Below are positions 63,306 through 64,000 of a stretch of 64,000 nucleotides of DNA, in pieces. The DNA comes from Balanoglossus misakiensis (lineage: Eukaryota > Animalia > Hemichordata). The notes under the pieces are model-generated. The model made no database searches and had not been told where the DNA came from. It saw nothing but the letters and a program-made list of their open reading frames with translations. Location of the stretch: the NCBI GenBank assembly GCA_040954595.2, contig CM082576.2, forward strand, positions 19,391,028 to 19,455,027. Reading direction: 5' to 3'. Both the position numbers and the translations under genes were made by a program. Each line of letters begins with the position of its first letter. Within the stretch, counting starts at the first letter, position 1.

Positions 63306-64000
63306 GTAGTGGATTCAGATGCAATTAATCGTGTGAGTTGTTTTACAGCATGACAAAAATTAGTAATTATATTTTTAAAAATACATTTTATTTTTGTCAT
63401 TTCTGGTCAATTCTCAGTAGTCACTTTTCCGATTTCTTAAAATTTGGTTTACAAGGACCTACAATATTTGTTATTATGGTGTACATAAACATGTGACAAA
63501 TATCAATACTGGGGAGGAGGGGGGTGGGTAGTTTTAGACATTTTTGGTCCAAAAGTCCACTTATGTCAGAAACGGCTCTTCCAGTTGTTTTGGATTTTGG
63601 TTTATTGGGATGTGAAAATATTCTTTATCAGATGTATTCTTATATTACCTCATCAATGCTAAAGGTGTCCTTATATTGTCCCTTTAAATCACTTAAAATC
63701 ATTCCCAAAGAATTTCAACCCAGTAAGAATTGTAAGGATCACAGATCTATCTTCTTTTGCCATTCTTTCTGGAAGTTTATAATATAAGCTAATCTGATAC
63801 TGGGTCATTATGGAACTTTTTAACAGAAAAAATAACAAAATGTGAAAAAAGTTAAATGAGTTTAATTTGATAACTACATGTATAACGACAGAAAGGTTTG
63901 ACCTAAGAAAGTCATATACAGTTAACAGTCATTTCTTCTGTCGCGTACGACTTTTTATCCAGAAGGCAATTATTATGTGATTTGATCCCCTAGCACAAAA

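Overview
This is eukaryotic DNA, most likely from a marine invertebrate (inferred from spliceosomal introns and the transposon types). It sits at the edge of a large satellite block. About 1-45.3 kb is one AT-rich satellite with a ~78-bp monomer. The monomer is an imperfect palindrome, and the array is built from nested kb-scale duplications whose variant content shifts along its length. A 3.95-kb non-autonomous Academ-like transposon interrupts it once (TAG..CTA ends, 3-bp TSD, right end triplicated). Beyond the array edge lie old ~245-bp repeats ending in a Helentron/HINE-like hairpin. These are interrupted by a 5'-truncated dead LINE that itself holds a Kolobok-like MITE. From 51.4 to 63.3 kb, seven exons can be assembled by hand into a C-type lectin-CUB-CUB gene resembling the uninflatable (uif) N-terminus. 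It looks damaged: a TGA replaces a conserved Trp, a donor site is overwritten by a 47-bp inverted copy, and no LDLa exon is visible. Its introns contain several MITEs and two unrelated-sequence elements that share one architecture: a long terminal hairpin with repeated GAG/GAG internal loops, probably Crypton-like. Almost all ORFs in the supplied track are artefacts of the repeats. All family assignments come from recalled hallmarks; no searches were run.
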